This document shows positions 10,140 through 20,387 of a stretch of 64,000 nucleotides of DNA, piece after piece. Source of the stretch: a virus. Its lineage: Duplodnaviria; Caudoviricetes. The notes beneath the pieces are model-generated. The model had not been told where the DNA came from. It was given only the letters and a program-made list of their open reading frames with translations, and did no database searches. The stretch is from IMG/VR virus record IMGVR_UViG_3300009108_000480. One strand, 5' to 3'. How positions within the stretch are numbered: the stretch's first letter is position 1; each line of letters begins with the position of its first letter. Both the position numbers and the translations under genes were made by a program.

Positions 10140-10985
10140 ATGAAGAATTATTATAATATACTAGGTGTGTCAGAAAATGCATCTGACAAACAAATTAAAC
10201 AGGCTTTTAAAAAATTAGCAAAAGAACATCACCCAGATCGTGGAGGGGATACAACAAAATTTAAAGAAGCTAATGAAGCCTACGACACATTAAAAAATTC
10301 TAGTAAAAAACAAGAATATGATACTATAAGAAAATACGGCCAAAATAGTGGTGGACAAGGAGGAAACTTTCATTTTACTTCTGGTGACTTCTTTGGTGAA
10401 GATATGTTTGAGAATTTCTTTTCTGGTTTTGGTGGACCTAATGTACGAACAAGAACTTTTAGAACACGACAACAACATAATAAAAGTATAAACGTAAGAA
10501 TGTCTATATCAATTAAAGAAGCAATGAACACCTTAGAAAAAACTATATCATATAGACTACCTTCAAACAAAGAAGAATTTGCCACAGTAAAAATTCCAGC
10601 TGGTGTACAACATGGTATAACATTCAAATACAAAGGTATGGGAGATGATTCAATAAAAAATATGCCACGTGGTGATTTATTAGTACAAATGAGTGTTCTT
10701 GATTCTGATGGCTATACAAGAAAAGGAAACGATTTATATACAGATAAAACTATAAATTGTTTTCAAGCAATACGAGGACTTGAATTAAAATTAAAAACAT
10801 TAACTGATACTATTATTAAAATACAAGTACCACCTGCTACACAACCCGGAACTTTGATCCTTTGTAAAGGACAAGGTATGCCCATACACAAGACGTTAAA
10901 TATTAGAGGAAATCTATATGTGAGAATAAACATTATAATACCGGAACTTTCACAAACAGATTTAAACAAAATAAAAAATTTATGA
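10140..10985 (+). CDS. dnaJ: Class II J-domain chaperone (DnaJ/CbpA-like, no zinc finger)
   Basis: YYNILGV, HHPDRGG, G/F-rich linker, C-terminal GDLLV and G.GMP...GNLYV. Confidence 0.9.
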   Translation: MKNYYNILGVSENASDKQIKQAFKKLAKEHHPDRGGDTTKFKEANEAYDTLKNSSKKQEYDTIRKYGQNSGGQGGNFHFTSGDFFGEDMFENFFSGFGGPNVRTRTFRTRQQHNKSINVRMSISIKEAMNTLEKTISYRLPSNKEEFATVKIPAGVQHGITFKYKGMGDDSIKNMPRGDLLVQMSVLDSDGYTRKGNDLYTDKTINCFQAIRGLELKLKTLTDTIIKIQVPPATQPGTLILCKGQGMPIHKTLNIRGNLYVRINIIIPELSQTDLNKIKNL

Positions 10986-11512
10986 TTTCAATATTGCAAT
11001 ATCCACATAAAGCATTAACGGAAGTAAGTACTCCGTTTGACATTAAAAACGATAAACTTCTTGATTACGATGATATTGAAAAATTTGAAAACGATATGAT
11101 TAATTTAATGATAAATGCTCGAGGTTTGGGATTAGCGGCAAATCAAATAGGCGTTACCAAGCGATTCTTTGCATTTGGACACGAGTCGTTTGACAAAATG
11201 CAAAAACCTGTTATAATATGGAATCCATCGATAGTTCGAGAAAGTGAAGAAAAAACGTTGGATGAAGAAGGATGTTTAAGTTTTTTAGGAGTATTTGTAA
11301 AAATAGAAAGACCTAAAAGAGTTACAGTAAAATGGGAGAACAAAAAAGGAGAAACTTTAATGCAACATTTAGATGGTATGGAAAGTAAATGCTTTCAACA
11401 TGAACTTGATCATCTAAACGGTATTACATTTAATACTAAAGTATCTAAACTTCGATGGGATATGGCAGTTAAAAAATTAGAAAAAAAAATTAATGCAACG
11501 CAAAGAGTATAA
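10982..11512 (+). CDS. def: Peptide deformylase
   Basis: GLGLAANQIG, EGCLS, QHELDH motifs. Confidence 0.95.
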   Translation: MISILQYPHKALTEVSTPFDIKNDKLLDYDDIEKFENDMINLMINARGLGLAANQIGVTKRFFAFGHESFDKMQKPVIIWNPSIVRESEEKTLDEEGCLSFLGVFVKIERPKRVTVKWENKKGETLMQHLDGMESKCFQHELDHLNGITFNTKVSKLRWDMAVKKLEKKINATQRV

Positions 11513-11711
11513 TGCTATGGAAGATGAATTTGGATTTAACGATATAAGTGAAGCAGACTATAACAAATTGAGAGCTAAAGAACAAAAGAAAAGTATGCCA
11601 CAAACAAGGAAAGTAAAAAGAAGAAAAAAGAAAAAGAAAATTAATCACTTTAAAGGATTAGGTGGCGGTGGTAGCAGAGGACCTTGGCCAAAAATTGGAG
11701 GAACAGACTAA
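11493..11711 (+). CDS. Small basic hypothetical protein
   Basis: Lys/Arg-rich; bridges def and clpA with overlapping ends. Confidence 0.45.
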   Translation: MQRKEYNAMEDEFGFNDISEADYNKLRAKEQKKSMPQTRKVKRRKKKKKINHFKGLGGGGSRGPWPKIGGTD

Positions 11712-14053
11712 TGCTTGAAGCTAATGAATCATTAGAAAACATATTTACAAATTCTGTAAACGAAGCAGAAAAACGAAAACACGAATACGTTACAATTGAA
11801 CACGTACTATTAGCATTAATCAAGGACAAAGATATTGGTACCACATTATCAGAATTTAAAATTAATGTTGGACAAATGATTAAAGACGTTGAAGATTATC
11901 TTGATACAAAATGTACAGACATTATTTCAAAATCAACTAAACCTATAGCACCACGAAAAACTGCATCATTAGAAAGATTAATGAACAGAGCATTTACTCA
12001 AGCATTATTTCAAGGTAGACAAGATGTTACTTCTGTAGATATATTAATCAGTATATTTGCTGAAAAGAAAAGTTATGGTTCATTTTTCTTAAAAAAACAC
12101 AAAGTTAATAAACAAGACTTAATGGATCTAGTATCTACCGAAACTATATTAGACGAAGGTATGGCGGCTATGGGTGGACCTGGCCCTGGAATGATTGGCG
12201 TTGAACAAAAACTACGACCAAACCAAGCAGATAGAATATTAAAAAACTATACTGAGAATTTAAATCAAAAATATTTTGATAAAAAAATTGATCCTGTAAT
12301 AGGACGAATAGAAGAAACTAATCAACTAAAACAAATTCTAGCAAGAAGAAATAAAAATAATGTATTAATAGTAGGTGACCCTGGTGTAGGTAAAACGGCA
12401 CTAATCGAAGGACTTGCAAGACGTATCGCTAAAAATAAAGAAGATATTCCAGAATATTTAAAAAATCATATCGTATATAGTTTAGATGTAAACTCTTTAA
12501 TAGCAGGATCTAAATTTAGAGGAGACTTTGAAGAAAGATTAAAACTTGTTTTAAATGCATTAGATCAAAAAGGCAAAACAGTATTACACATCGATGAAGC
12601 ACATATGATGGTAGGTGCTGGTGCTACTGGAAGTGGTAACAGTATGGATATGGCTAATATGATTAAACCTGCACTAATGAAGGGTAATATAAAAGTAATT
12701 GCATCTACTACTTGGGAAGAGTATAGAAAATTCTTTGAAAAAGATAGAGCATTAATGAGAAGATTCCAAAGATTACAAATAGGTGAACCTTCAAATGAAA
12801 CTGCGGTTAAAATATTAAAAGGTGTTAAACAATACTATGAACAATTTCATAAATGTACTATAACCGATGATGCTTGTGAAGACGCAGTAGAATATACATC
12901 AAAATTTGTTACAGATAAAAAATTGCCTGATAAAGCAATTGACATTATTGACGTGGCGTGTGCAAGATTAAGATTAAACGGAATTAAAGATGGCAAAATA
13001 GACCATGAAGAAATAATACATGAAATATCTGCTACAACAGGTATATCAATTGAGCAACTGTCACAAAAACAAGCAACAAGTTTAAAAACATTAGAAGAAA
13101 AAATGAAACTGCAAATATTTGGACAAGATAAAGCACTTAATACTATTATCGATAGAATATTAGTTGCAAGAGCAGGATTAAAAACTTTAAACAAACCTGT
13201 TGGATCATTTTTATTTTTAGGACCTACGGGTTGTGGTAAAACTGAAACTGCAAAACAATTAGCAAAAACTTTAGGTGTTGAACTATTAAGATTTGATATG
13301 TCAGAATATCAAGAGAAACATTCTATTGCAAAACTAATTGGCTCACCTCCAGGTTATGTAGGCTACGAAGATACTACAATGGGTGGTGGTATGTTTATAA
13401 ATGAAATAGAAAAAAATCCACACGCGGTTGTATTATTTGATGAAGTAGAAAAAGCACATCGTGATGTATCCAATATGCTATTACAAGTTATGGATTATGG
13501 AAGTGTTACTGGTTCCAACGGTAAAAAAGCAGATTGTAGAAATATTACACTTATCATGACTTCAAATTTAGGTGCAGAAGAAATGGAAAGAGAAAGTATT
13601 GGTTTTGGACCAAGCGAAAGAACCGGCGAAGATGATACCGCTTTGAAAAAATTCTTTCCTCCAGAATTTAGAAATAGACTAGATGCAACAGTTAAATTTG
13701 TTAAACTAGCAAAAGAAACAATGAAATTAATTGTTAAGAAATTCTTACTAGAATTAAATGCAATGACCGTAGAGAAAAATGTAGAAGTTAATGCTAATGA
13801 TGAAGCTATTGAATTTTTAATTAAAAAAGGATTTAATGCTAAAATGGGAGCAAGACCTTTACAAAGAGTTATAGACGAAGAAATTAAGAAACCTTTATCT
13901 AGAATGATACTATTTGGTGAATTAACAGAAGGTGGTAGAGTTGCCGTTAGTTTATCTAACGATGTCGTACCAAAACTAAAAGTACAATTTAAAGCACCGA
14001 TTATAACAAATCAATTTAAACCAAAAAAAGAAAATGCGAAAACATCACAATAA
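11711..14053 (+). CDS. clpA: ClpA-type ATP-dependent Clp protease ATPase subunit
   Basis: Clp N-domain (HEYVTIEHVLLAL), Walker A GDPGVGKT and GPTGCGKT, no ClpB middle domain, IGF loop (SIGFG); TAATG-coupled start at 11711. Confidence 0.92.
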   Translation: MLEANESLENIFTNSVNEAEKRKHEYVTIEHVLLALIKDKDIGTTLSEFKINVGQMIKDVEDYLDTKCTDIISKSTKPIAPRKTASLERLMNRAFTQALFQGRQDVTSVDILISIFAEKKSYGSFFLKKHKVNKQDLMDLVSTETILDEGMAAMGGPGPGMIGVEQKLRPNQADRILKNYTENLNQKYFDKKIDPVIGRIEETNQLKQILARRNKNNVLIVGDPGVGKTALIEGLARRIAKNKEDIPEYLKNHIVYSLDVNSLIAGSKFRGDFEERLKLVLNALDQKGKTVLHIDEAHMMVGAGATGSGNSMDMANMIKPALMKGNIKVIASTTWEEYRKFFEKDRALMRRFQRLQIGEPSNETAVKILKGVKQYYEQFHKCTITDDACEDAVEYTSKFVTDKKLPDKAIDIIDVACARLRLNGIKDGKIDHEEIIHEISATTGISIEQLSQKQATSLKTLEEKMKLQIFGQDKALNTIIDRILVARAGLKTLNKPVGSFLFLGPTGCGKTETAKQLAKTLGVELLRFDMSEYQEKHSIAKLIGSPPGYVGYEDTTMGGGMFINEIEKNPHAVVLFDEVEKAHRDVSNMLLQVMDYGSVTGSNGKKADCRNITLIMTSNLGAEEMERESIGFGPSERTGEDDTALKKFFPPEFRNRLDATVKFVKLAKETMKLIVKKFLLELNAMTVEKNVEVNANDEAIEFLIKKGFNAKMGARPLQRVIDEEIKKPLSRMILFGELTEGGRVAVSLSNDVVPKLKVQFKAPIITNQFKPKKENAKTSQ

Positions 14054-14693
14054 ATTATACTATCAAAAATACGGATTTAAAAGCATATTCAAAATGCCTT
14101 ATGCAAGTAAACTATATCCTACTACTGATGAAAACTTATATCGTTTAGTAAAAATGTATAAAATATCTGCAACCGATTTTGATATGAATATAGCCAAAAT
14201 AGCAAAATTTATTTTAGATTATAGAACACAAATGAAATTTAGAATACAACAAAAATATGTAATTTTTTATACAAGCGAACCTTTAGCAAAAAAAATTGTA
14301 AATGAATTTTGGAATGACTGGTATGGGTCTGAATCTGTTAATCCAAAATATAATAAATTAGGCAAAAACTCAGTAGGTTGTAAAAGATTACCTCATGGTA
14401 AATTTCAATATCAAATACATCTTAAAAAAGATGTGCATCAACACATTACAGATTCAGAAAAACAAAGTTTATGGAGACTATTAGAAAATAATGAAAACGA
14501 CTGTTTAGTATCAAACAAATATGTATTAGATTATTTAATTGGCAAATATCCTCATTGTTACCATGGATATTTTTATGTGAGCGAAGAAAAAATGCTAACT
14601 CCTATCTATATGATAGCACAAAAAGGTATTGACAAAGTAATAAAATTTGTCGCAATAAAAAATGGACGCAATAAGAAAACTAAAAAAACATAA
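14034..14693 (+). CDS. Hypothetical protein
   Basis: Coupled ORF. Confidence 0.6.
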   Translation: MRKHHNKLYYQKYGFKSIFKMPYASKLYPTTDENLYRLVKMYKISATDFDMNIAKIAKFILDYRTQMKFRIQQKYVIFYTSEPLAKKIVNEFWNDWYGSESVNPKYNKLGKNSVGCKRLPHGKFQYQIHLKKDVHQHITDSEKQSLWRLLENNENDCLVSNKYVLDYLIGKYPHCYHGYFYVSEEKMLTPIYMIAQKGIDKVIKFVAIKNGRNKKTKKT

Positions 14694-14958
14694 TATATTC
14701 AAACAAAATTCGATTGTATTATCTACTATAGAAAAATCCTGGATGGGAGAACCTATCCAAGTAAAAGCACATCTTATTGTCAAGCAATTAAGAAAAAATG
14801 ATTGTATTTGCGAAGAATATAATGAAGCAGATGGTAAAGCATACAAAATTAAATACCTTGATATTACTACAATAGATGGAATGAATCCTAATGAATTAGC
14901 CGCTGTATATGGGTTGGTTCCTAAAACTGAAAGATTCGGCAAACGCAAAAACCAATAA
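14662..14958 (+). CDS. Hypothetical protein
   Basis: Coupled ORF. Confidence 0.55.
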   Translation: MDAIRKLKKHNIFKQNSIVLSTIEKSWMGEPIQVKAHLIVKQLRKNDCICEEYNEADGKAYKIKYLDITTIDGMNPNELAAVYGLVPKTERFGKRKNQ

Positions 14959-14967
14959 ATAACAATA

Positions 14968-15546
14968 ATGGCACAGACAAGCACAACATTATTATCAAAT
15001 AAAACGCATAAAGCGGATATTACAGGCACAGATATCAGTTTTACTGCAACAGGTACTGAATATAAAATTAGTGCAACTAGCACTAGTCTTGGCAATCTTG
15101 CACAATACGATTTAATTACAGTAACCGGTACTACAAATAATAATTCAACTTTTACTGTAAAAAGTGTTGCAAGTGACGGTTTATCAATTATTGTTGAAGA
15201 AATTGTTACAACAGAAACAGCCGATGGCTCAACAACGTATACTATTGATAATACAGGATTTGTTAGTGCTAAAGCAAAAGGTGATGGCTATTATTCACAA
15301 GTAGATGGTGTACATACTGTGGCATACAAAGTAGATGCTACACTTACAGGATCAATTAAAATGCAAGGTACACTTGCTTCTACTCCTACTGAAGAAGATT
15401 GGTTTGATATTTCAGGCACTACATTTACAACAGATCAAAGCACTTTAATTAGCTCAAATAATTTTACAGGAAATTTTGTATATGTTAGAGCTAAAGCAAC
15501 ATCAACTACTGCTGGTTCTATTACATCAATTCAGTTAAATTCTTAA
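14968..15546 (+). CDS. Thr/Ser-rich beta-strand protein, possible virion structural protein
   Basis: TAAATA box 6 nt before ATG; T/S/G-rich composition. Confidence 0.5.
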   Translation: MAQTSTTLLSNKTHKADITGTDISFTATGTEYKISATSTSLGNLAQYDLITVTGTTNNNSTFTVKSVASDGLSIIVEEIVTTETADGSTTYTIDNTGFVSAKAKGDGYYSQVDGVHTVAYKVDATLTGSIKMQGTLASTPTEEDWFDISGTTFTTDQSTLISSNNFTGNFVYVRAKATSTTAGSITSIQLNS

Positions 15547-15620
15547 TTTTTACCCACAATTACCAAAAACACCAGACGTAAGTCATTGAATTACATAGGT
15601 CTTTTTAAGACCTACTTTGG

Positions 15621-15648
15621 TTGACTTCTACCAAAAGTATAGTATTAT
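15621..15648 (+). promoter_or_regulatory. Sigma70-type promoter of S8 protease gene
   Basis: TTGACT (15621-15626), 16 nt, TATTAT (15643-15648); the track's TTG start is this -35 box. Confidence 0.6.
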
Positions 15649-15656
15649 TATACTAT

Positions 15657-18600
15657 ATGATTAACGCAAAGTTAAGGAAGATTTTATTAAGCACAGCTCT
15701 TGCTACGACTCTATCAGCTTGTGGAGGCGGTGGCGGTGGTTCTGGTGCTGGTGTTGTAAATGATTTTGTTCAAGGTGATTTATCTAATTTATCAGGATCA
15801 AGTTCTATTGTAAGTTCTTATTCAAGTTTATTATCAAATTTCCAATCAACTATTTCAAGTGGAAACTATTCTAGTTTACAAGCAGTATTAACAGGACCCG
15901 ATGCAGATGATATAGAGACAGCAAATACACTATTATCAATGTTAAACCAAGCAGAAACACTTTGGTCTCAAACAGAAGATTTAATATCAAGTAAAGACGA
16001 TTCAACAAAATATACAATATATAATTCTAATTCATATAAAGAAGCATACGCGGCCATGATTTATTTGAGAGATCATGTTAAACCTATTATACAAAAAGTA
16101 TCAAATGGTAATGCAGTATCTCTAACAGAATACAATTTGGTTGCAAAAGAAGATAAAGCACAAGAAATTATTAATACAGAAAAAGATACAACTGCAACAA
16201 GTTATGCTGAAACTAAAAAAATTAAAAGTACAGAAACAGTAAGTGGTACATCTACAGTTTCAACAGTTGATACAGTAGGTACTGCTGAAGCATCAACTTC
16301 AACAAGTGACTGGACAACTGTAAATGCTGGTGGTGGACAAGAAACAAGAACAATTACAATTACTACTCCAAATTACCGAACTACTACAACAACACCTTGT
16401 ACAATAGTTAGAAAAACTTTATTAAATGGTACAACAGTTGATAGTGCCTGTACATATGGAACACCGGTTGTTTCTACAATAGCTTTAGATCCAACAGTAG
16501 AAACTTCAACAGAAACTAGAGAAGGTGACAATCCAGTAATAACATCAGAAACTCTTGAAGCTACGGTTAATACAGTTACTGAAACCAACGATCAATATGT
16601 TGTGACAAATTATGCAGATGCAGAAGATACAAATACAACTACTGCAAACGGAACTGCGGTTACTACAACTGCAAACAGAGATGTTGTTACAGATGTTGAT
16701 AATGGTGACAACACTACGACAAGAACAACCGTAAGATATGTTGATACTACAATTACTACACCAGTCACAACTACGGTAACAAGAACAAGAACTTACACAG
16801 ATATTACAAAACAAAATTCTAGAACAATTACAACTACAACACCACAAACAAAGGTTACATATAAAGACGGTACATCAGAAACTATTTCAGGTACTGCAAC
16901 AGTAGTGACAAGTGATTGGACAGTTAATACAATTAGTACTGCTACAAGAACAGAAGAACTACCAGTTAGTGAAACAACTGCTAATACAGTTTCTACTTCA
17001 AGTAATTCAGGTACACAAATTGCACAGGTTACAATTTCAAACGCATACACAGATCAAGATACAACACTAGGTACAAAAACAGAAAATATGTCTACAGTTG
17101 TAAATGATCACAAAACAACTGAATACAATACAAACCACGGATTGAATACTATAAATGCCGCAGATGCTTATGCAAAAGGATGGACAGGTAAAGGTGCAGT
17201 ATTAGGAATAATTGATACATACCAACAAACTGATCACCCAGAATTAAGTGGCAAATATAAATGGTACAATGATTATACAAGATATGATAATACAGTATCT
17301 ACATCAGGCAATACACAAGTTCACGGTACACACGTTGCAGGTATTATAGCAGGTAAAAAAAATAATACAGGAAATCACGGTGTGGCGTTTGATGCCGAAT
17401 TAGTTGGTGCCAACGTTGACTATTATGGATATGGTGGTATTTCAAAAAGTTATGCTCAACAGGCATTACATGATTTTGCAAAATTAAAAGATCCAAATGG
17501 CGAAAATTTAAACATTGTCGCAGTTAATATGAGTTGGAATACTCCAACATTGTTTACTAATGGACAAGGTAGTACAGTAACTCAATTAGGAGATGGCACA
17601 TATAACGCATCAGAAATTACTTCAAAAATGGACAATGGTGATGGAAATGCAAAATATTATAAAGTAGCAACTGACAACGATATTATTTTAGTAAACTCTG
17701 CAGGTAACTATGGATTCAATCACTCAGGTGATCCCGGTATTTGGGCAGTAGAAGTAGATGCAAGTGGAAACCTTATATTAGGTGGCAAAATGATTATTGT
17801 AGGTAACTGGGATAACGGAACAATTGCAGGTAATAAAGCAGGTCACGTATGTTTAGACATTTCTAATAATGCTTGTAATGACCAATACAAAGTTTCAGAC
17901 TTTTATATTTTAGCACCAGGTAATCTTATCAATAGTTCTGTTCCAACTCATTTAGGTGGCAATGGATATATGAATATGTCTGGTACTAGTATGGCGGCAC
18001 CACACGTAACTGGAGCATTTGGTGTAATAAATCAAATGTGGCCACACATGAAAGGTGACAATCTTGTTAAACTTATATTGTCTACTGCAAATAAAAATAT
18101 ATATGGTTATAATGTAAACACACACGGACAAGGTTTATTAGATTTAAGTGAAGCAACAAAACCACAAGGTGCAACAGGTATTCCAACAACAGGTAGAACA
18201 AACGGACCAATTATAAATGTATATGGAACATATTTTGCAACTGGTACTGCGTTGCCAAGTAATTTAGCAAATTTAAAAGTAATGATATTGGATGAATATG
18301 AAAGAGATTATTATCTAAATTTAGGATCAAGTTTTTCAGTTAAAGATATGAGAAAAGTATCTGATATAGATATGATGATGAATGGACACACATATCTTCC
18401 AATTCAATCTATGTACGGAAATTTTGCACAAGGTGGCAATTATGATTTAGGATATATGAACTTTGGTATATACTCAGGTGAAAATGGAAATGGAGACTTT
18501 TCAGCAAATATAGGTAAAAACTTTATGTTAAGTAATAAATTTAAATTAAAAACATCAATTGGACAAATGAATGAACAAGACAACTGGTTAGGTAACTCTT

Positions 18601-19268
18601 CAAGTGGTGCATTAGCAGTTGGTGATAATAACATTACAAATTTTGGACAAATAGGTATTGAATATCAATTAGGTAACAATGTGTTAAGTTTTGATTATTC
18701 AAAAGGTTATACAGATGTTAATACAACTGATAATAGTTTAATAACAGGATTTGATAACATTGAAACAGAATCTATGAAACTAGCATATGAAGTACACAAG
18801 GATCAAAATAATTCTTGGGGATTCTCATTATCAACACCAAGTCATATTACAAATGGTACAATGAATTTAACGGTTCCTGAATCAAGAACATTAGATGGTG
18901 ATGTTAATTATACAACTATCGAATCTGATATGAGTCCTTCTAAAATTGAAAAAGATATTGGATTCTTTTATAATCACACACCAACAAATGATATGGATGC
19001 ATCTTGGAACTTTAAAGCAGAATACAGACAAGATATTGCTGGACAAGATGGACACGATGGTGTTAGTTTAGGATTTAACTATGTTAAAAAATTACACACA
19101 AATTGTAAATTTTTATGGATGAAAAATCCAAAATGTTACGAAAAAGATGGCAAAACTTTAAAAGCAAATTTATACGGTGACAGCAGAAATAATAATTCAA
19201 TAGCATTAACACACGGATTAGTTTACGATTTAGAAACAGACAAATTCGTTCCAATTAAAAAGAAATAA
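15657..19268 (+). CDS. Lipoprotein S8 (subtilisin) serine protease with Thr-rich stalk and C-terminal beta-barrel-like region
   Basis: Lipobox LSAC then poly-Gly; triad GIIDT, HGTHVAG, GTSMAAPHV; oxyanion NSAGN; alternating aromatic strands in C-terminal third. Confidence 0.88.
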   Translation: MINAKLRKILLSTALATTLSACGGGGGGSGAGVVNDFVQGDLSNLSGSSSIVSSYSSLLSNFQSTISSGNYSSLQAVLTGPDADDIETANTLLSMLNQAETLWSQTEDLISSKDDSTKYTIYNSNSYKEAYAAMIYLRDHVKPIIQKVSNGNAVSLTEYNLVAKEDKAQEIINTEKDTTATSYAETKKIKSTETVSGTSTVSTVDTVGTAEASTSTSDWTTVNAGGGQETRTITITTPNYRTTTTTPCTIVRKTLLNGTTVDSACTYGTPVVSTIALDPTVETSTETREGDNPVITSETLEATVNTVTETNDQYVVTNYADAEDTNTTTANGTAVTTTANRDVVTDVDNGDNTTTRTTVRYVDTTITTPVTTTVTRTRTYTDITKQNSRTITTTTPQTKVTYKDGTSETISGTATVVTSDWTVNTISTATRTEELPVSETTANTVSTSSNSGTQIAQVTISNAYTDQDTTLGTKTENMSTVVNDHKTTEYNTNHGLNTINAADAYAKGWTGKGAVLGIIDTYQQTDHPELSGKYKWYNDYTRYDNTVSTSGNTQVHGTHVAGIIAGKKNNTGNHGVAFDAELVGANVDYYGYGGISKSYAQQALHDFAKLKDPNGENLNIVAVNMSWNTPTLFTNGQGSTVTQLGDGTYNASEITSKMDNGDGNAKYYKVATDNDIILVNSAGNYGFNHSGDPGIWAVEVDASGNLILGGKMIIVGNWDNGTIAGNKAGHVCLDISNNACNDQYKVSDFYILAPGNLINSSVPTHLGGNGYMNMSGTSMAAPHVTGAFGVINQMWPHMKGDNLVKLILSTANKNIYGYNVNTHGQGLLDLSEATKPQGATGIPTTGRTNGPIINVYGTYFATGTALPSNLANLKVMILDEYERDYYLNLGSSFSVKDMRKVSDIDMMMNGHTYLPIQSMYGNFAQGGNYDLGYMNFGIYSGENGNGDFSANIGKNFMLSNKFKLKTSIGQMNEQDNWLGNSSSGALAVGDNNITNFGQIGIEYQLGNNVLSFDYSKGYTDVNTTDNSLITGFDNIETESMKLAYEVHKDQNNSWGFSLSTPSHITNGTMNLTVPESRTLDGDVNYTTIESDMSPSKIEKDIGFFYNHTPTNDMDASWNFKAEYRQDIAGQDGHDGVSLGFNYVKKLHTNCKFLWMKNPKCYEKDGKTLKANLYGDSRNNNSIALTHGLVYDLETDKFVPIKKK

Positions 19269-19269
19269 C

Positions 19270-19464
19270 ATGGATCAAGTTGAAATCGTTTGCACAGAGA
19301 ATGGTAAAATCAAAACTGCAGACGTATTATCACATACTGACAAATATTTAAAAGTAGTTGTAGAAGGTACTCAAATAACTATAGAACTATTCAGAAACGA
19401 TGTAAATAAATCATATATAGGACATAAGTCCGGATTGGAATTTACATGGAAACCGAAAAATTAA
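19270..19464 (+). CDS. Hypothetical protein
   Basis: Coupled ORF. Confidence 0.55.
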   Translation: MDQVEIVCTENGKIKTADVLSHTDKYLKVVVEGTQITIELFRNDVNKSYIGHKSGLEFTWKPKN

Positions 19465-20006
19465 CATTTAAAATTGAATTGTCTTCAACATATTGGGACA
19501 CACCCCCAATAGCAGAAATAAAACTTAATAAATCAAGCGATAAAACAATCACCGATGTTGATAATAAAAATCTCTTTGATTATGATTCTAACAAACCTAT
19601 ACTTAACATTGATAATTCATATTTCAAAAATGAAATTACTAGTACAAAAAATAAACCAACTATAATTACATTTGAACACGAACTTGAACACAATAAATCA
19701 TACGATTTTATTATAAAGAGAACTAACAAAACTCCCAAGCAAACTATTGTTGAAGATGGCAAAATTGTTAAAGACCAAGCATTACATATCGGTCAAATAA
19801 CAATTGATGAAATTGATATAGGAGCATTAGTATACGAAGGTATATATAGACCAGAATATCCTGAACCATGGGCATCACAACAAGCAAAAGCAGGTAACAA
19901 ATTGCCTGAGACCTTTAAAAATGTAACTGAAATGGGTCATAACGGATCTTGGACATTCACATTCACTTCTCCCTTTTATATGTGGTTACTTGAGAACCTT
20001 TACTAA
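19446..20006 (+). CDS. Hypothetical protein
   Basis: Coupled ORF. Confidence 0.6.
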   Translation: METEKLTFKIELSSTYWDTPPIAEIKLNKSSDKTITDVDNKNLFDYDSNKPILNIDNSYFKNEITSTKNKPTIITFEHELEHNKSYDFIIKRTNKTPKQTIVEDGKIVKDQALHIGQITIDEIDIGALVYEGIYRPEYPEPWASQQAKAGNKLPETFKNVTEMGHNGSWTFTFTSPFYMWLLENLY

Positions 20007-20018
20007 TAAATATGCTTA

Positions 20019-20387
20019 ATGAGAGCATATCAATTCATAACAGAAGCACAAGACTCTGACGCAGTAAACGAGCTAGACTCGTACATAATGAATAACGAAG
20101 ATTTATATCGTAGACGTTTTATGCCTATTATTGAAAACATTAAAAGAAAAATGAGAAGAGGTATATACGACCATGAAAAAGTAATTAAATTATGGATGTA
20201 CCTTGTAGATGATGCGGCCAGAGAATATGTTAAAGAATTTGGCACACCAGATCAAGATGTTAAAGATATGTTTCCAAAAGAAACTAGATTAAAAGTTGCT
20301 CAAGTAATAGCAGATAGAGAAAAGGAAAATATAGAAAAAGGCGAATACGATGTTGTTAAAGGAACTGTTTCTCAAAGAGGACGGTAG
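20019..20387 (+). CDS. Hypothetical protein with capsid-targeting-like N-terminus
   Basis: MRAYQFITEA; TAAATA 6 nt before ATG. Confidence 0.6.
   Translation: MRAYQFITEAQDSDAVNELDSYIMNNEDLYRRRFMPIIENIKRKMRRGIYDHEKVIKLWMYLVDDAAREYVKEFGTPDQDVKDMFPKETRLKVAQVIADREKENIEKGEYDVVKGTVSQRGR

Noticed and set aside
10140-14053. Possibility that the window is bacterial chromosome because of dnaJ, def, clpA, guaC, folE, galE
   Set aside because: These are interleaved with phage replication, lysis and late-promoter features, and normal bacterial operon partners (dnaK, fmt, clpS, galT/K) are absent.
15621-15656. Track start of the S8 protease at TTG 15621
   Set aside because: That TTG is the -35 box; ATG 15657 gives a proper lipoprotein signal peptide.
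16180-17120. Thr-rich stretch as a DNA repeat array or diversity-generating target
   Set aside because: No repeated nucleotide unit seen; it is low-complexity coding sequence, and no reverse transcriptase is in the window.
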